Source of the DNA: Podarcis liolepis
Lineage: Eukaryota
DNA: 64,000 nucleotides
Direction: 5' to 3' (one strand)
NCBI GenBank assembly: GCA_965112155.1
Contig: OZ218101.1
Under the pieces are notes generated by a model. It saw only the letters and a program-made list of their open reading frames with translations, was not told where the DNA came from and made no database searches. Below, in pieces: positions 61,959 to 64,000 of this stretch. A program made the position numbers and the translations under genes. The first letter of the stretch is position 1, and each line of letters begins with the position of its first letter.

Positions 61959-64000
61959 GGTTAAATCAAAAAGAGCTGTGTGCTTATATTTTTGGAGACA
62001 TACTGACCGAATAACAAACAAAGGAAAAGAAGAGCATTGCAGAAGAGCAGGAGCCATGTGTCCATGCTCCATAAGGAGATGCTTGTGTATTGTGCCATCA
62101 AAACCAACATGCTTTATTTTCAGCTTGGTCTTGCTGTAGTGCCAGCACAGACAACACTCAAAATATACAGCATGTTGGTTTTGATGGCACAACGCCAAAG
62201 CACCTCCTTCTGGAACATAGGAATTTTCCTCAGATTCAGTTACCAATTTTTGGTTCAGGTTTGTGACAGCATTAATGCTTATCACATCCATCACAATGCT
62301 TTTCCATAAGAAGGCTAGTATAGTACTGCACACAAGCAGCCCAGCCTGACAAAGCTCTGGGCCACATTTAAACAATGGGACTTAAGCAAGCGCTTGACCT
62401 TACCCCAATGACTAGGAACTGATATCAGGAAGTAAAGGGCAGCTTATGCCTTCAGTTTTTGAAAGTAGTAACAGATGGGTAGTAGTGACTGGTAACAGCA
62501 GGTGAGGAGGATGAGAATCTCACCCCCATCATATCACCCCCATCCTGATGGTGGGAGTGCACAAGCTGTTTCATTTACGCATGACCATCATACACTAAGC
62601 TGCAGCATCCAATAACAAAATGATTTAATGTGTAGATCATGCTTGCAAGGTCATGGGGCAGAATTTTTAAATAGTGCTGATCCTGGCTGTTACATTTGGA
62701 TTAGCAACAATCAGCACAAAGACCGGCACATCCAGAGACACAAGTTGATCATGTTATCACACCAGCATGCCCGCTACTCACAAAAGCAATACACTCGCTG
62801 GGGAAGTAGCAATCTTAAAATGAGATCTACCACCACTTTGTTGCTGAAGTGGTGTAGAGTTGTATCTTATGAAAACGAAGCTAGTGCTCTTCTCATTAGA
62901 AACCTATGGAGTTGTCAATACAGCATTATTGCTCATTGGGGAGAGATACATCTTTCTTCCATACATTGTTGGACTCCATCTCCCCTCAGCCTCAGCCAGC
63001 CTGGCCAACAGCCACTAAGCTGCCACCAAGGTCAATGGCTGCTGTAAAATGAACTGTAAAAGAATAAGTGCTCTCATGCTCAATGAAACTGGCCAAAATC
63101 AGCTTTTGGTCTAACAGACTGCTAGTAATTTTGGTTTATTATAAAAATGTAAGAATTGCTTTGTGGGATCTGACCCAAGACCATTCTGTTTCTAACAGAT
63201 ACTAAAGGAGCAGTGACATGAGGCAACAAAAGAAGAGGCAAAGCTTCAAAATGGTCCTGGAAAATAAATCTCTATCAAATAATAATACCCCTTGGGAAAC
63301 AATAAAATGCTCTGACACATTTTGGTAAATGGTAACCTTCCTCAGGGGGAAGAAACATTAGTATTTGATAAAGAATCATTTTTCAGGGTCATTTTAAGGC
63401 TTAGCCTCTTCTTTTGCTTCCAACAGAAAGAAGTTAGCCAGATGTCTCTGAGTCTGGGCACTCACAAACAAAACACAAAGATAATAGTCCTGCTTTGTCT
63501 GGATTTGGCATATGATATTCAGAGGTGTTTGTTGCTACTGTACAATGGGGCAGGATCTAAAAGTGCCCCAAACCTGGCCTAAACAGAAGATGTAAGAAGT
63601 TTCTATTCAGCAGGGAATAATGTTAAGTGGCTGCCTAGCTAACAATCCATCACCAAGGTGCTTGTGGAAACACAAGTAAACACTTAACAGTTCCTTACAA
63701 TGCATTCTGCTGAGCAAACCAACTATTTTTAATAACCAAGACAAACTACAGTATTCACAAAAAGTCTGGAAAAGCAACATTTCCTTTAAAACTTCTTCCA
63801 AAGAACTTCAGAAACAAAGTGATGGAATTCACTTCAATAAAGAGCAAAGCAGAAGCCTGGTTTAAATCCAGCACTTACTGTATTGGATAACCCTAGAAAT
63901 AATTGTCTTGTGGCTGAGCCCATATTTTGCAAGATTCACTCCTGAACCTGTCATTTAACAAATAATCCCTGCAGATAAATTGTCCCTGCAGATTTATGCT

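Noticed and set aside
60625-64000. EFHC2 exon 1 and promoter
   Set aside because: No MALPxLPG-like coding segment or CpG island seen; probably beyond the window

Overview
Eukaryotic (vertebrate) genomic DNA. The repeat content (a Sauria-type SINE with an ACCTTT tail, CR1/L2/L1 relics, hAT and Tc1/mariner MITEs) points to a squamate reptile, probably a lacertid lizard; this is inference. The window holds coding exons 2-15 of EFHC2 (three DM10 domains plus degenerate C-terminal EF-hands) on the minus strand, from 60582 down to the TAG stop at 12307-12309. The 14 exons splice by hand into one frame of 2202 nt (733 aa + stop). Every junction is phase-compatible and all are GT-AG except intron 10, which needs a GC donor. 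Exon 1 was not found and probably lies beyond the right edge. Bases 1-12000 are intergenic DNA 3' of EFHC2; in human this side faces NDP. The rest is mostly transposon debris, including two solo LTRs of one family with 5-bp target-site duplications (TSDs), several nested insertions, microsatellites and a 132-N assembly gap. Nearly all ORFs in the supplied track are spurious. I found no convincing undescribed multi-gene system. The most interesting signals are the independently duplicated octamer-CRE-CCAAT module in the two solo LTRs, the GC-AG intron, and several motif-dense candidate enhancers.
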